A program made the position numbers and the translations under genes. Under the pieces are notes generated by a model. The model searched no databases. It had not been told where the DNA came from and saw nothing but the letters and a program-made list of their open reading frames with translations. Positions 39,049 to 49,233 of a stretch of DNA of 64,000 nt are shown piece by piece (the stretch's first letter is position 1; the number at the start of each line of letters is the position of its first letter). The stretch is from Gemmatimonadota bacterium (lineage in GTDB: Bacteria > Gemmatimonadota > Gemmatimonadetes > Palauibacterales > Palauibacteraceae), in the NCBI GenBank assembly GCA_965116475.1, contig OZ220691.1, positions 1,152,001 to 1,216,000 of the forward strand, written 5' to 3'.

Positions 39049-39701
39049 ATACGATCCACGACATGGGCGGCATGGACGGCTTCGGCCCGATCGAACCCGA
39101 GAAGAACGAACCCGTCTTCCACCACCGCTGGGAAGGCCGTGTGTACGCGCTCACCAGGGCGGTCGGCCCGTGGGGCCGGGGGCGCGAGTGGCCCTCCTTC
39201 CGCTACACGCTCGAGAGTATCCCGCCGGTCGAGTACCTGAGCATGTCCTACTACGAGCGCTGGTTCCGGATGATGACGACCCGGCTGCTCGTGAGCGGCC
39301 TCATCTCCGAGACCGAACTGGAGACGGGCTACCCGGATCCCGGCGCGCCGCGGCCGGAGCTTCTCCCGCCTTCGAACACCGGTGCGCTCGGGGCCGGGCT
39401 CCTCGACATGGACGTGCCCGCCCGGTTCTCACCGGACGACCGCGTGCGCGCGCGCAACCTCCACCCGCGCGGCCACACCCGGCAGCCCCGCTACGTCCGC
39501 GGACGACAGGGAACCGTGGTCGAGGACCACGGCGTGTACGCGCTGCAGGACACGGACGGGGACGGACGCCGCCCGCCCGACCGCCGTCCGCAGCACGTCT
39601 ACTCGGTGCGCTTCGAGGCGCGGGAACTGTGGGGCGAGCGGGCCGCCGCGGGCGACGCGATCTACGCCGACCTGTGGGAAGACTACCTGGAGCCGGCGTG
39701 A
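39045..39701 (+). CDS. nthB: Nitrile hydratase beta subunit
   Basis: [49 protein letters not shown] overlap with nthA. Confidence 0.93.
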   Translation: MNTIHDMGGMDGFGPIEPEKNEPVFHHRWEGRVYALTRAVGPWGRGREWPSFRYTLESIPPVEYLSMSYYERWFRMMTTRLLVSGLISETELETGYPDPGAPRPELLPPSNTGALGAGLLDMDVPARFSPDDRVRARNLHPRGHTRQPRYVRGRQGTVVEDHGVYALQDTDGDGRRPPDRRPQHVYSVRFEARELWGERAAAGDAIYADLWEDYLEPA

Positions 39702-40093
39702 TGGCCGGGACCGAGCGGGACAGGACCGAACGCGTCGACGCGGAACGCCTCGCGGCGCTCCCTCCCCTGCCCGCCGATGAGGAGGGCCCGGTGTTCGAGG
39801 CCCCGTGGCAGGCGCAGGCCTTCGCGCTGGCCGTGAAGCTCTCCGAGGAAGGTCACTTCACCTGGAAGGAGTGGGCCGGGACGCTCGCCGACGAACTCGC
39901 CGAGGCGGAGGCGCGCGGAGAGCCGGACGACGGCACCCGGTACTACCACCACTGGGTCGCCGCCCTCGAACGGCTCGTCGTCGACCGCCGCCTGAGCACC
40001 TCCGCCGCTCTCGACCATCGCAAGGACGCCTGGGCGGACGCCTACCGCCACACCCCCCATGGCCAACCCGTGGAGTTGCGCCGGACAGACTGA
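39701..40093 (+). CDS. Nitrile hydratase accessory protein (P14K-like, beta-homologous)
   Basis: PVFEAPWQAQAFA, FTWKEW, YYHHWVAALE, TPHGQPVEL motifs. Confidence 0.9.
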   Translation: MAGTERDRTERVDAERLAALPPLPADEEGPVFEAPWQAQAFALAVKLSEEGHFTWKEWAGTLADELAEAEARGEPDDGTRYYHHWVAALERLVVDRRLSTSAALDHRKDAWADAYRHTPHGQPVELRRTD

Positions 40094-40104
40094 GCACCAC
40101 CACG

Positions 40105-40120
40105 CGTTCCCGCGGGAACG
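40105..40120. repeat. Dispersed 16-bp palindrome CGTTCCCGCGGGAACG, copy 3
   Basis: Exact match; between the convergent NHase accessory and CapA-like genes. Confidence 0.95.
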
Positions 40121-40137
40121 TCTTTTCCGGGGACTTC

Positions 40138-41547
40138 CTACCGCCGCCAGACCCCGACGCCGTTCTCGTACGTGATCTCCGTCCCGTAGGGGCGCGACAG
40201 TTCGGCCAGGTGCTCGATGATCCTGCGGCCCAGTTCCTCGGGCGCGATGCGCGGCGTGCCTCGCCTGCCGCGCGGCGCCTTCCAGCTGAGTTCGATCGGG
40301 TGGAAGATGATCTCGACCACCTCTTCGCCGTCGAAGGTCGCGACCGGAACCACGCTCTCGTACCACTCGGAGCCGATGGGGAAGCCCGTCGTGGGGTTGC
40401 CGTCCTCGTCCACCTGGAAGCGCGTGTCGTAGATCTCCGACGCGAGCCGGTCGAGCGGAATCCCGTAGCGGTCGCGCTGGTCGGAGGGCATGGGGTCGAT
40501 CGTCTCGTTCTGGAAGATGAAGTTCGCGAGCGAGTAGAAGATCGGCCGTCCCCTGTAGATCTCCACGCCGCGGAGCTGGTGCGGCCCGTGGATGATGAAC
40601 GTCTCCGCCCCCGCATCGATCGTCTGCCGCGCGAACTCCTCCATCCACGCCGGCGCCGTCACGAACGCGTTGCCGGGCTCGTGCGAATGGCTGTTCACGA
40701 CGACGTAGTCGGCCTGATCCGTGGCGTTCCGCACCTCGTGCAGGACCCGTTCCCGGTCCTCTTCGTTGAGCGACACGGTCGCGCGGTCCTCATCCCCCGG
40801 GAACACGGTGGAACCGAACACGCGGACGTGCGCGTCGGGGTCGTCGGGCACGTCCGCTCCCTGCCGGCGCGCCACCTCCCGCAGCGCGGTCATCGTCTCC
40901 GGCGACCCCTCGTAGCGCGTGCTCAGCCGCAGCGGGTTCAGCCCCGGGCGTCCCTGCACGGTCGGCCCGGTCTTCCCGGCGCGGGACATCGGCGTGAAGG
41001 TGGACGCCATCCCGATGAGCGCGATCCGGCCCTTCGGCGTCTCCAGGTAGCCGGGGCGGCTGGCCCAGCCGAGGTTTTCGCCGGTCCCCGAGTGGATGAG
41101 GCCCCACTCGTCCATCAGCCGGTTCGTGAGGCGCATGCCCTCGACCCCGTAGTCCGTCGAGTGGTTGTTCGCCCGGTTGTAGAGGTTGAACCCCATGTCC
41201 ACGAGGTCCTTCAGCGTCTCGGGCGAGCCCACCTCGTAGTTGCCGCCGTTCTCGGCCGCCGGCCAGCCGGTGAACTCCTGCAGCCGGAAGACCGACTGCT
41301 CGAGGTTCAGGAAGGCGGCATCCGTCGCCCGGATGATGTTGGCGAGGTCGTGAAAACCCGGGTCGCCGGGGTGATCGAACGGCGCCGTGCGACGATTCAT
41401 GATCACATCCCCCACGGCGGACAGCGTCCACCGGGTCTCGGCGTCGATCGGCGAAAGGCTCTGCGCCTCCGCATCGGACCAGCCAGCGGGCGCAAAGGCG
41501 GTGAGGGATAGAACGAAGCAGAGAGCGAGACGAGCGGGGCGGCGCAT
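40138..41547 (-). CDS. CapA-family metallophosphoesterase-like exported protein
   Basis: VGD, NLE, ANNHSTDYG, HSH, HGPH, IFYSLANFIF motifs; signal peptide. Confidence 0.88.
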   Translation of the reverse strand: MRRPARLALCFVLSLTAFAPAGWSDAEAQSLSPIDAETRWTLSAVGDVIMNRRTAPFDHPGDPGFHDLANIIRATDAAFLNLEQSVFRLQEFTGWPAAENGGNYEVGSPETLKDLVDMGFNLYNRANNHSTDYGVEGMRLTNRLMDEWGLIHSGTGENLGWASRPGYLETPKGRIALIGMASTFTPMSRAGKTGPTVQGRPGLNPLRLSTRYEGSPETMTALREVARRQGADVPDDPDAHVRVFGSTVFPGDEDRATVSLNEEDRERVLHEVRNATDQADYVVVNSHSHEPGNAFVTAPAWMEEFARQTIDAGAETFIIHGPHQLRGVEIYRGRPIFYSLANFIFQNETIDPMPSDQRDRYGIPLDRLASEIYDTRFQVDEDGNPTTGFPIGSEWYESVVPVATFDGEEVVEIIFHPIELSWKAPRGRRGTPRIAPEELGRRIIEHLAELSRPYGTEITYENGVGVWRR

Positions 41548-41729
41548 AAGGGTCCTCCTGGTGACGTGCCGGGGCATCCATGCCTCTCGCCAACGTACGG
41601 AAAGCACCGATACGCGCGCATGCGGTGGCGGCCCGCAGAATGCTGCGAACGGAACAGCCGTGCTGCGCGAGTACTTCCCGGCGGCGGACGCGGCGTGTCG
41701 TGGATCACGCCATGACGAATCATTATTAT

Positions 41730-41785
41730 GCGTCGTATACGGCGTGTTATATGCGTATGTGCCGCAAACGCGCCATATGTTGCGT
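41730..41785. promoter_or_regulatory. Two imperfect palindromes in the AT-richer region upstream of the hipB-like gene (candidate operators)
   Basis: GCGTCGTATACGGCGT (41730-41745) and ACGCGCCATATGTTGCGT (41768-41785). Confidence 0.45.
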
Positions 41786-41888
41786 AATGGACGCAGACGC
41801 GCTCTGTGCCTAGATTGGCTTCGTTCGAGCGCCACGGACACAGGTCGCGCTTGGCCATCGACCACGAATCGGACTGGAGCGCCCGCAA

Positions 41889-42215
41889 ATGGGAACCATC
41901 GTCGCCACGAGCCGCACACCGGAGGTGATGCGGGAACTGGGCGCGCGGCTCAAGGCGTTGCGCCTCCGCCAGAACGTCCGCGTGAAGGATCTGGCCGCCC
42001 GTTCCGGCGTCGGAGCCCGAACGATCGACCGCCTGGAGGCCGGGCACAGCGTGGGCACCGACACGCTGGTGCGGATCATGCGCGGCCTTGGGCGACTCCA
42101 GGCGTTCGAGGCCCTTATCCCGCCTGTGGAGCCATCCCCCTATGAGATTGAGCAACTGAAGGGCAAGCTGCGCCAGCGTGCGTCCGGACGACCACCGCCG
42201 GAGCCGGCTTCGTGA
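41889..42215 (+). CDS. XRE-family HTH antitoxin (HipB-like)
   Basis: LKALRLRQNVRVKDLAARSGVGARTIDRLEAG HTH; overlaps the hipA start. Confidence 0.85.
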   Translation: MGTIVATSRTPEVMRELGARLKALRLRQNVRVKDLAARSGVGARTIDRLEAGHSVGTDTLVRIMRGLGRLQAFEALIPPVEPSPYEIEQLKGKLRQRASGRPPPEPAS

Positions 42216-43507
42216 ACGGGTACTCAACGGTCCGCGTACAACTGAGGGGACGCGATGTCGGTCTCCTCCTCGAGTCCGAGCGAGGCGCCCGGATTACGTT
42301 CGAATACGACCCCGGATTCGCGGACTCGGGACTCGAGATTTCCCCGATCCATTTGCCGCTGGTTCGTTCCGGGCCGGTCTCCTTCCCCGAACTCGCCGGC
42401 AGGCCCGCCTTCCTGGGACTCCCTGGCGTGTTCGCCGATGCGCTGCCGGACCGTTTCGGCAACGCCGTGATCCGGCGCTATTTCGAGGCACGGGGACGCC
42501 CCGAGGACGCATTGTCGCCACTCCAGCGGTTGCTCTACGTGGGAGAGCGCGCGATGGGCGCGCTGGAGTTTCTCCCTCCGCACGATCCCGGCCCAGGCAC
42601 CGAGGAGGCGCTGGAAGTGCAGGTGCTCGTCGACCAGGCGCGACGGGTCATCGACGGGGATGTCTCGATCGCGGTGCCGGAGATGATGCAGGTGGGAGGG
42701 AGCGCGGGCGGTGCCCGACCCAAGGCGCTGATTCTATGGGACCGTGAGACCGGACGCGTGCGATCGGGCTTCGCCAATCCGGATGCCGACGAAGAACTGT
42801 GGCTCATCAAGTTCGATGGCGTGAGTCGCGACGCTTCCGGGCTGGGCATGCACGCCCACCGGCACCCCGGTCCCTGGGGTCGCGTCGAATACGCCTATTC
42901 CCGCATGGCACGAGACGCCGGGATCCGGATGGCGAAGACCCACCTGCTGCGCGACGGCGATCTGGCCCACTTCATGACGCGGCGCTTCGACCGCACGGAT
43001 GTCGGACGACTCCACCTGCACAGCCTCGGCGGCCTGCAGCACATCGACTTCAACGACCAGTTCGTGTTCAGCTACGAAGGCTGGTTCGACACGATCCGCA
43101 CCCTGGAGATGGGGCAGGCTTCGGTGAACGAGGCGTTCCGGCGCATGGTGTTCAACGTGGCGACGGTCAACTTCGACGACCACGTCAAGAACTTCGCGTT
43201 TCTCATGGATCGCGCCGGCCGCTGGCAGCTGGCGCCCGCCTACGACCTGACCTACGCGGAGAACGACGCCTGGACGCGCCAGCACCAGATGTCGGTCAAC
43301 GGGCGTTTCCGCGACATCAAGCGGGCGGATCTGCTGCGGGTGGGACGCACGTTCGACGTACCGGCCGCCGGAAGACGCATCATCGAGCAGGTGATGGAGG
43401 CGCTGGACGGCTGGTCGAGCTACGCCGATGCGGCAGGCGTCCCCGAGGACATGGCGGCCTTCCTCGAGGGCCGCTTCGAGCGGGAGATCGGCGTCAGCCG
43501 ATCATGA
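42212..43507 (+). CDS. hipA: HipA-family Ser/Thr kinase toxin
   Basis: N-terminal couple_hipA-like FEYD..F, DALPDRFG; GGARPKA, IKFD, RRFDR, NFDDHVKNF, LAPAYD motifs. Confidence 0.92.
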   Translation: MNGYSTVRVQLRGRDVGLLLESERGARITFEYDPGFADSGLEISPIHLPLVRSGPVSFPELAGRPAFLGLPGVFADALPDRFGNAVIRRYFEARGRPEDALSPLQRLLYVGERAMGALEFLPPHDPGPGTEEALEVQVLVDQARRVIDGDVSIAVPEMMQVGGSAGGARPKALILWDRETGRVRSGFANPDADEELWLIKFDGVSRDASGLGMHAHRHPGPWGRVEYAYSRMARDAGIRMAKTHLLRDGDLAHFMTRRFDRTDVGRLHLHSLGGLQHIDFNDQFVFSYEGWFDTIRTLEMGQASVNEAFRRMVFNVATVNFDDHVKNFAFLMDRAGRWQLAPAYDLTYAENDAWTRQHQMSVNGRFRDIKRADLLRVGRTFDVPAAGRRIIEQVMEALDGWSSYADAAGVPEDMAAFLEGRFEREIGVSRS

Positions 43508-45649
43508 CGAGGGGGCGGCGGCGCGGGCGCGGTCGAGGAGGGCCTGGTAGCGGGCGTCGGCCTCCTGCACGCGCGGTTCGAGGCGGAGGCGCTGCTGCTC
43601 CCATTCCTCCTCGAGGAGACGGGTCGTCTCCCAGTATTCGAGATCGCCGGCGGGCCGGATGGGCTCGGTGAGCAGTTCCTGGAGCTTGGCGCGGTGGCGG
43701 GCGACGAGTTCGGGCACGGCCTCCAGCTTCCACCAGGGATCGTCCTCCACGACGACGAACACGGGGGCGCTGTGCGCGACCGTCATGTCCCGCGCCCCGT
43801 CGCGGTCGCCGAAGGCGCGGACGGCGACCCACAGGCTCTCGTCCGCCTCGATCTCCGTTTCGAGCCGCAGCCGGTCGCTGGCCGCGGACGTCCGGGTCGC
43901 GGTGGCGACGACCTCGCCGTGGACGACGAGTTCCAGCCGGTTCAGGCGGTCGATGTCGGGGTTCAGTGACGCCTCCGCCACGATCTCGAGGCTCTGCCCG
44001 CGCTCGGCACGAAGCTCGGAGCCCATCTCCCGCCCGTTCACGCGGAACTCGAGGAAGGGCCCGTTGCTCACGTAGGTGTGGCCGGAACGGTAGGCGTTGT
44101 ACCACTCGTTCGGGGCGAACGGCCCGTCCAGCTTCACGTACGTGCGCTCGACGCCCGGCAGCGTGGGGCCGAAGTACGGATAGTCGGCGCCCGCGATGGG
44201 GCGGACATTGAAGCCGAGGTTGAGGAAGCTGTACCAGATGTCGTCGTACAGGCGGCCGCCCTGCAGGACCTCGATGAAGTCGACGAGGTCGAACGGCACG
44301 TCGAGCGCCAGCCCCCGCTCGCCGTTGAAGAGTTGGCCCATGTGCGCGTAGCCGGAGATCCCGCCCTGGGCGCGCGATTCCTCGAACACCCGGTGATAGA
44401 GGAAGTAGGATTCCGGGTCCGGACGGATGGGACGCTGCAGGTTGTGGTGGATCGTGTGTCCGCGCTGGACGGTACGCGGGTCCTCCTGCCCGGACACGAG
44501 CGCGTGGCCTTCGCGCACGTACTGTCCGGCCTCCCCCCACGCCGGCTGCTTGAAGTGCGTGACGGCGATGTTCCCCATCTCGAGCAGGTTCGCGACGTGG
44601 ATGTCCTCGGCGGCGATCTGCGCCCACACGGCGTCGTCCTCGGTGTGCTCGCGCGCGATGTGCACGTGCGAATCGCCGGAGTACCAGCCCTCGGCGGGGA
44701 GGTCCGCGTAGCGCTCGAGCGAGACCGTGAGATCGGTCGTCTCATCCGCCCGCACCTCGATGGTCCGCCGGTAGCCGCGGTATTCGGGGCCCCGCGTCGC
44801 GACGAGTTCGTAGCTCCCGACGGGGAGGCGGGCCTCGTAATCGCCGTCAACGTAGAAGGCGAGGCGGTGCTCGGAGGGCCACCACGTGCGCGGGTTCACC
44901 CACAGGAGGCGCACCTCGTCGACGAAGCGGTGCACGAGGACGGAGCGCTCGGAGGGTAGCGGAGCGCGGCCCGTCTCGTCGTAGAGACCGAACCGGGCGG
45001 GGACCGGGCGCCCGCTCGCCGCATCCTCGACCGCCAGGCGCAGCGTGCCGTGGCCGGCCGGGACGGGCGTGGCGTGGCTCCGCACGACCTCGATGTCGCA
45101 CAGGGCGATCCCCTCCGGGCCGCCGATGGCGAGGTCCGTGTCGCGGATTCCGTGCGCGGCGAACCTGGCGCGTTCGAGCCTCACGCGTGCGGTGGCGAAG
45201 GTCGAGCCTGACGCGGGGCCGGATCCCGGGCCGGCTGCCGGTCCGATGGTGGCGGACTCGCCGATCCCGTCGCCGCCGTTGTCGTTGAACCCCACGCTGA
45301 ACGGGCCCGTGAGTTCCGGCGCGTAGGTGACCACGAGGTCGACGGGCTCATCGATGTCGAACGCGAACCCGTCGTCGATGTCGAGCGCGAAGAGGGGGCC
45401 GACGACGCACGTCCGGTCGCCGATGTCGCGCGTCTGGAACGGGTTGCCGCGGCCGTACATGCCGAGTTCCGAGCGGGCGACGCCGAGCGTGCGAGCGATG
45501 TTCTCGCGCGGCCACTCGAGTTCGACGACGAACCGGGCCTCGCTGCCGTGCGCCGGAGAAGGCGCGCCCTCCCCCGCCGGTCCCGCGGCTCCCGAGACGA
45601 GAAGGCCGGCCCCGGCGAGCAGGCAGATCCGGCGGGCGCGGGCGGTCAC
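43502..45649 (-). CDS. CehA/McbA-family (PHP-like) metallohydrolase, exported
   Basis: RGPEY, GWYSGDSHVH, GYAH, WY..LNLG, GAD, RTYV, SNGP, AHSAPV motifs. Confidence 0.78.
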   Translation of the reverse strand: MTARARRICLLAGAGLLVSGAAGPAGEGAPSPAHGSEARFVVELEWPRENIARTLGVARSELGMYGRGNPFQTRDIGDRTCVVGPLFALDIDDGFAFDIDEPVDLVVTYAPELTGPFSVGFNDNGGDGIGESATIGPAAGPGSGPASGSTFATARVRLERARFAAHGIRDTDLAIGGPEGIALCDIEVVRSHATPVPAGHGTLRLAVEDAASGRPVPARFGLYDETGRAPLPSERSVLVHRFVDEVRLLWVNPRTWWPSEHRLAFYVDGDYEARLPVGSYELVATRGPEYRGYRRTIEVRADETTDLTVSLERYADLPAEGWYSGDSHVHIAREHTEDDAVWAQIAAEDIHVANLLEMGNIAVTHFKQPAWGEAGQYVREGHALVSGQEDPRTVQRGHTIHHNLQRPIRPDPESYFLYHRVFEESRAQGGISGYAHMGQLFNGERGLALDVPFDLVDFIEVLQGGRLYDDIWYSFLNLGFNVRPIAGADYPYFGPTLPGVERTYVKLDGPFAPNEWYNAYRSGHTYVSNGPFLEFRVNGREMGSELRAERGQSLEIVAEASLNPDIDRLNRLELVVHGEVVATATRTSAASDRLRLETEIEADESLWVAVRAFGDRDGARDMTVAHSAPVFVVVEDDPWWKLEAVPELVARHRAKLQELLTEPIRPAGDLEYWETTRLLEEEWEQQRLRLEPRVQEADARYQALLDRARAAAPSS

Positions 45650-47352
45650 CGCTCGTACACGATCCGGCCGCCCACCACGGTCAGGTCGACTTCCATCGAT
45701 TCCAGGCATGGATCCTCGCACTCCAGCACATGGTCCGCCGTCACGACGAGGTCGGCGGCCATCCCGACCTCGAGCGTTCCCTTCTCTTCTTCTTCGAAGG
45801 TGAGGTGCGCGTACGCGCTGGTCGCCGCGCGCAGCGCCTCCTCGCGGCTGATCGCCTGGGCCGGATCCAGCACCCCGGCGCTGATCGTGCCGCGCGTCGT
45901 GAAGTGGTGCAGCATCCACCACGGGTCCCAGGGGACGACGGGGGAGTCCGTGCCCAGCGACACCGGGATCCCGGCGTCGAGGTAGGCGCGCACGGGCGTG
46001 GTCCAGGCGGCGCGCTCCGCCCCCCAGTACTTCACGAGGCTCGGCGCCGCCACGTAGAGGTGGTTCTGCGCGGTCACGGAGAGGCCCAGCGCCCGCATGC
46101 GCGGGAAGTGGTCGTCTCGCGGGATGAATCCGTGTTCGACGACCCAGCGCAGGCCGTCGATCGGCGCATCGGCGTGCGCGGCCTCGTAGCCGTCCAGGAC
46201 GAGGTCGATGGCGGCGTCGCCCACCGCGTGCGTCGCCACCCGCCAGCCCTGCCGGTGAAGTTCGCGGACGGTCTCGATGAAGCGCTCCGTCGGCACGGTC
46301 TGCAGGCCGTGGAAGGTGCCGCCCTCGCCCCACGGTTCCTCGTACGGCTCGCGCATGAGGCCGCCCTCGAAGCCGCCGTCCACGCCGAGCTTCACGCCCC
46401 CGACGCGGAGCCAGTCGTCGCCCTCGCCCATGGCGGGCCAGGTGGCGAGCGCGTCGGCGAGGGGCGGCGCCCCGGCGCCGCGCGGGGCGCGGAGGACGTA
46501 GTTCACGCGCAGGGTGAGCCGGCTCTGGTCCCTGAGGCGCTCGATTGCGCGGTATTGCTCCGGGGGGCCGCCGGGGTAGCGGATGCTCGTCAGTCCGCGG
46601 GCGTTGAGCGCGGCGTACTCCGCGGCCAGCGCGTCGAGGACGGCCGCGGGGTCGGGCGGCGCGGCGGCCGGCAGCGCCACGAGATCCTTGGCGCGATCGA
46701 CGAGTTCGCCGTTCAGCCGCCCGTCCGGGTAGCGTCCGATGCGGCCGCCCGGCACCTCCGGCGTCGATTCGTCGATGCCCCAGCGCGCGAGCGCCGCGCT
46801 GTTCAGCACGTACTCGTGCCCGCCGCGGACGACGACGACCGGCTGCCCGGGCGCCGCGCCGTCGAGATCGTCACGGTAGGGCAGGCGGTGCTCGGCGAGC
46901 TGCCCCTCGTGCCAGTCGCGGTTCGTGACGATCAGCTCGCCCGGCGCCGTCTCGAGCGCGACGGCGGCGATCGCGTCGATCACGTCCGCCATCGATCGCG
47001 CGCCCGTCAGGTCGACGCCCGGGCCGCCCCCGATGCCGTGGTAGTGGTTGTCCGTGAGCCCGGGGATCACGGTCCGCCCGTCCAACTCCACGACGCGCGT
47101 GCCGGGCCCGGCCAGCCCGCGAATCTCATCCGACGTCCCTACCGCCAGCACCCGGCCGTCGCTCACCGCCAGCGCTTCCACGACGCCCGCAGCCCCGAGC
47201 GTGAGCACATCTCCGTCGACCAGCACGAGATCCGCCGCCTCGCGCGGGGGCGCCGCGCAGGCCGCGAGCCCCAGCAGCAGCACGAACCCCGGCGCCGCCA
47301 GCCCGAGGTCCTGCCGCGTCGAGACGGCCCGCGCAGGCCCGGTCTTCCTCAT
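45646..47352 (-). CDS. Amidohydrolase 3 (YtcJ-like) lipoprotein
   Basis: PGLTDNHYH, DGG, HAVGDAA, EHG, GTD, GTLEVGMAAD motifs; lipobox LAAC. Confidence 0.88.
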   Translation of the reverse strand: MRKTGPARAVSTRQDLGLAAPGFVLLLGLAACAAPPREAADLVLVDGDVLTLGAAGVVEALAVSDGRVLAVGTSDEIRGLAGPGTRVVELDGRTVIPGLTDNHYHGIGGGPGVDLTGARSMADVIDAIAAVALETAPGELIVTNRDWHEGQLAEHRLPYRDDLDGAAPGQPVVVVRGGHEYVLNSAALARWGIDESTPEVPGGRIGRYPDGRLNGELVDRAKDLVALPAAAPPDPAAVLDALAAEYAALNARGLTSIRYPGGPPEQYRAIERLRDQSRLTLRVNYVLRAPRGAGAPPLADALATWPAMGEGDDWLRVGGVKLGVDGGFEGGLMREPYEEPWGEGGTFHGLQTVPTERFIETVRELHRQGWRVATHAVGDAAIDLVLDGYEAAHADAPIDGLRWVVEHGFIPRDDHFPRMRALGLSVTAQNHLYVAAPSLVKYWGAERAAWTTPVRAYLDAGIPVSLGTDSPVVPWDPWWMLHHFTTRGTISAGVLDPAQAISREEALRAATSAYAHLTFEEEEKGTLEVGMAADLVVTADHVLECEDPCLESMEVDLTVVGGRIVYER

Positions 47353-49106
47353 CGCGGGCTCGCTCCCGTCTCGCGGCGGAGGAGCCTGCCGGGCTGGACC
47401 TCCGTCAGCACGCCGTCATCGATCACCGGCACGCCGTTCACGAACACGAAGTCCATCCCCTCGGCATAGCGCATGGCGTCGCCGAAGCGGGCCATGTCCC
47501 GCACCTCCTCCGGATCGAAGATGACGAGGTCCGCCGCCATCCCCGGCGCGATCAAGCCCCGGTCCGCCAGCCCCAGGCGACGGGCGGCGAGCGACGTCAT
47601 GCGCCGCACGGCATCCTCCAGACTCAGGATCCCGTCCTCTCTCACGTATTTCGCGATCACGCGCGGGAAGGCCCCGAACGCGCGCGGATGGGAACTCGCC
47701 GTAGTCGCGGGGTTCACCGGCGAGGCGTCCGTGTCGATCATCACGAACTCGGCCCGGAGCGCCTGCCACTTCTGCTCTTCGTTCATGCTCTCCGGGTTCA
47801 CGCTCACGCCGCCGGCCTGAACGAGATCGAAGAACGCGTCCCACGGACCCGTCCCCAACACCTCCGCCGCCTCGGCGACCGAGAGGTTGATCACCCGCTC
47901 GTCCACCGCGTCGGAGGCGGAAACGATGAGGACCTTGTCCCAGTCCATCCCCACGTGGCGGTACCAGTTCTCCCAGTCCGAGGTCGTCTCGACCTCGCGG
48001 CGGAGTTCGGCCCGCACCGCGGGGTCGGAAAGGGTCTCCAGGAAGGGGGCCCTGCCGCCGGCGTAGTGCCGCGGATGGAGAAACGACCCGAGGCCGATCC
48101 CGTTCCGGATGTAGGGATAGATGTCCGCCGTCACATCGATCCCGGCCACCCTCGCCGAATCGATGAGGGCGAGGGCCTCGGCCATCAGCGGCCAGTTTTC
48201 CCGTCCCGCCGCCTTGAGGTGGTAGATGTGGACGGGGGTGCCGGCGCGCACGCCGATCTCGATCGCCTCGCGGATCGCCTCCAGCACCGAGTGGGACTCG
48301 TTCCGCATGTGCGTGAAGTAGGTGCCGCCGTACTCGCCCGCGACGCGCGTGAGTTCGACGAGTTCCTCCGTCGTCGCGTACACGGCCGGCGGATAGATGA
48401 GGGAGGTCGAGGTCCCGACGGCGCCGTCCTCCATCGCCTGCCGAACGAGCGCCTTCATCTCCTCCAGTTGCCCGGGCGTCGGCTGCACATCCTCCTCGCC
48501 CAGGACCACGCGCCGCACCTGCGTGAGTCCCACGTCGTGGACGACGTTGATCGGGATCCCGATGCGCTCGACGTGCGCGAAATACTCGGCGTACGTCCGC
48601 CAGCGCAGTTCCTCGCCGTTCACGACCGGGCCCCGGGGCTGCGTGGCGTCGCTCTGGGGCGCGGCCGACCCGCCCTCGCCGGAGAGGTAGGTCGTGATCC
48701 CCTGGCGGAGCTTGCTCTCGGCGCTGGGCGGATCCGTGACGAGGACGACGCTCGACTGGCCCATCATGTCGATGAAGCCGGGGCTGACCACGCGATCCGC
48801 CGCATCGATGGTGCGCGCCGCCGGGTGACCCGAGAGGTTTCCGACCGCCGCGATCCGGTCCCCGCGCAGGCCGACGTCGCCCCGTACCCAGGGGTTCCCC
48901 GCCCCGTCCACGATCCGCGCCCCCGTGATGAGTACGTCGAAGGAACCCGCCGACGTCGAACCCTCCCCCATCTCGCATCCGGGAAGAGCGGCTGCGAGGG
49001 CACAGGCTCCCAGCACAGGGAGCAGCGGAGCCCTTCTCGGAGCCCTTCTCGGAGCCTCCCTCGGAGTCCGCCACGGCCCGTCGCGTCTCGCGTTCGCTGA
49101 TTTCAT
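47349..49106 (-). CDS. N-acyl-D-amino acid deacylase (D-aminoacylase) family lipoprotein
   Basis: PGFID, THMRNE, HIYHLK, DIYPY, HPRAFGAFPR, DRGLIAPGMAAD motifs; lipobox LPGC. Confidence 0.88.
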   Translation of the reverse strand: MKSANARRDGPWRTPREAPRRAPRRAPLLPVLGACALAAALPGCEMGEGSTSAGSFDVLITGARIVDGAGNPWVRGDVGLRGDRIAAVGNLSGHPAARTIDAADRVVSPGFIDMMGQSSVVLVTDPPSAESKLRQGITTYLSGEGGSAAPQSDATQPRGPVVNGEELRWRTYAEYFAHVERIGIPINVVHDVGLTQVRRVVLGEEDVQPTPGQLEEMKALVRQAMEDGAVGTSTSLIYPPAVYATTEELVELTRVAGEYGGTYFTHMRNESHSVLEAIREAIEIGVRAGTPVHIYHLKAAGRENWPLMAEALALIDSARVAGIDVTADIYPYIRNGIGLGSFLHPRHYAGGRAPFLETLSDPAVRAELRREVETTSDWENWYRHVGMDWDKVLIVSASDAVDERVINLSVAEAAEVLGTGPWDAFFDLVQAGGVSVNPESMNEEQKWQALRAEFVMIDTDASPVNPATTASSHPRAFGAFPRVIAKYVREDGILSLEDAVRRMTSLAARRLGLADRGLIAPGMAADLVIFDPEEVRDMARFGDAMRYAEGMDFVFVNGVPVIDDGVLTEVQPGRLLRRETGASPR

Positions 49107-49233
49107 TGGCCAGTCCCGGGAATGGGCAAGTTGGGTGTCCCATCAAGGATCGACCGGGCGTCGTCTGGCGGCAACCGCACACGCCGGCCAGTGTTGGGGA
49201 CCGAATCCTGGCTCTACCGTTCCGGAGGCTGAC

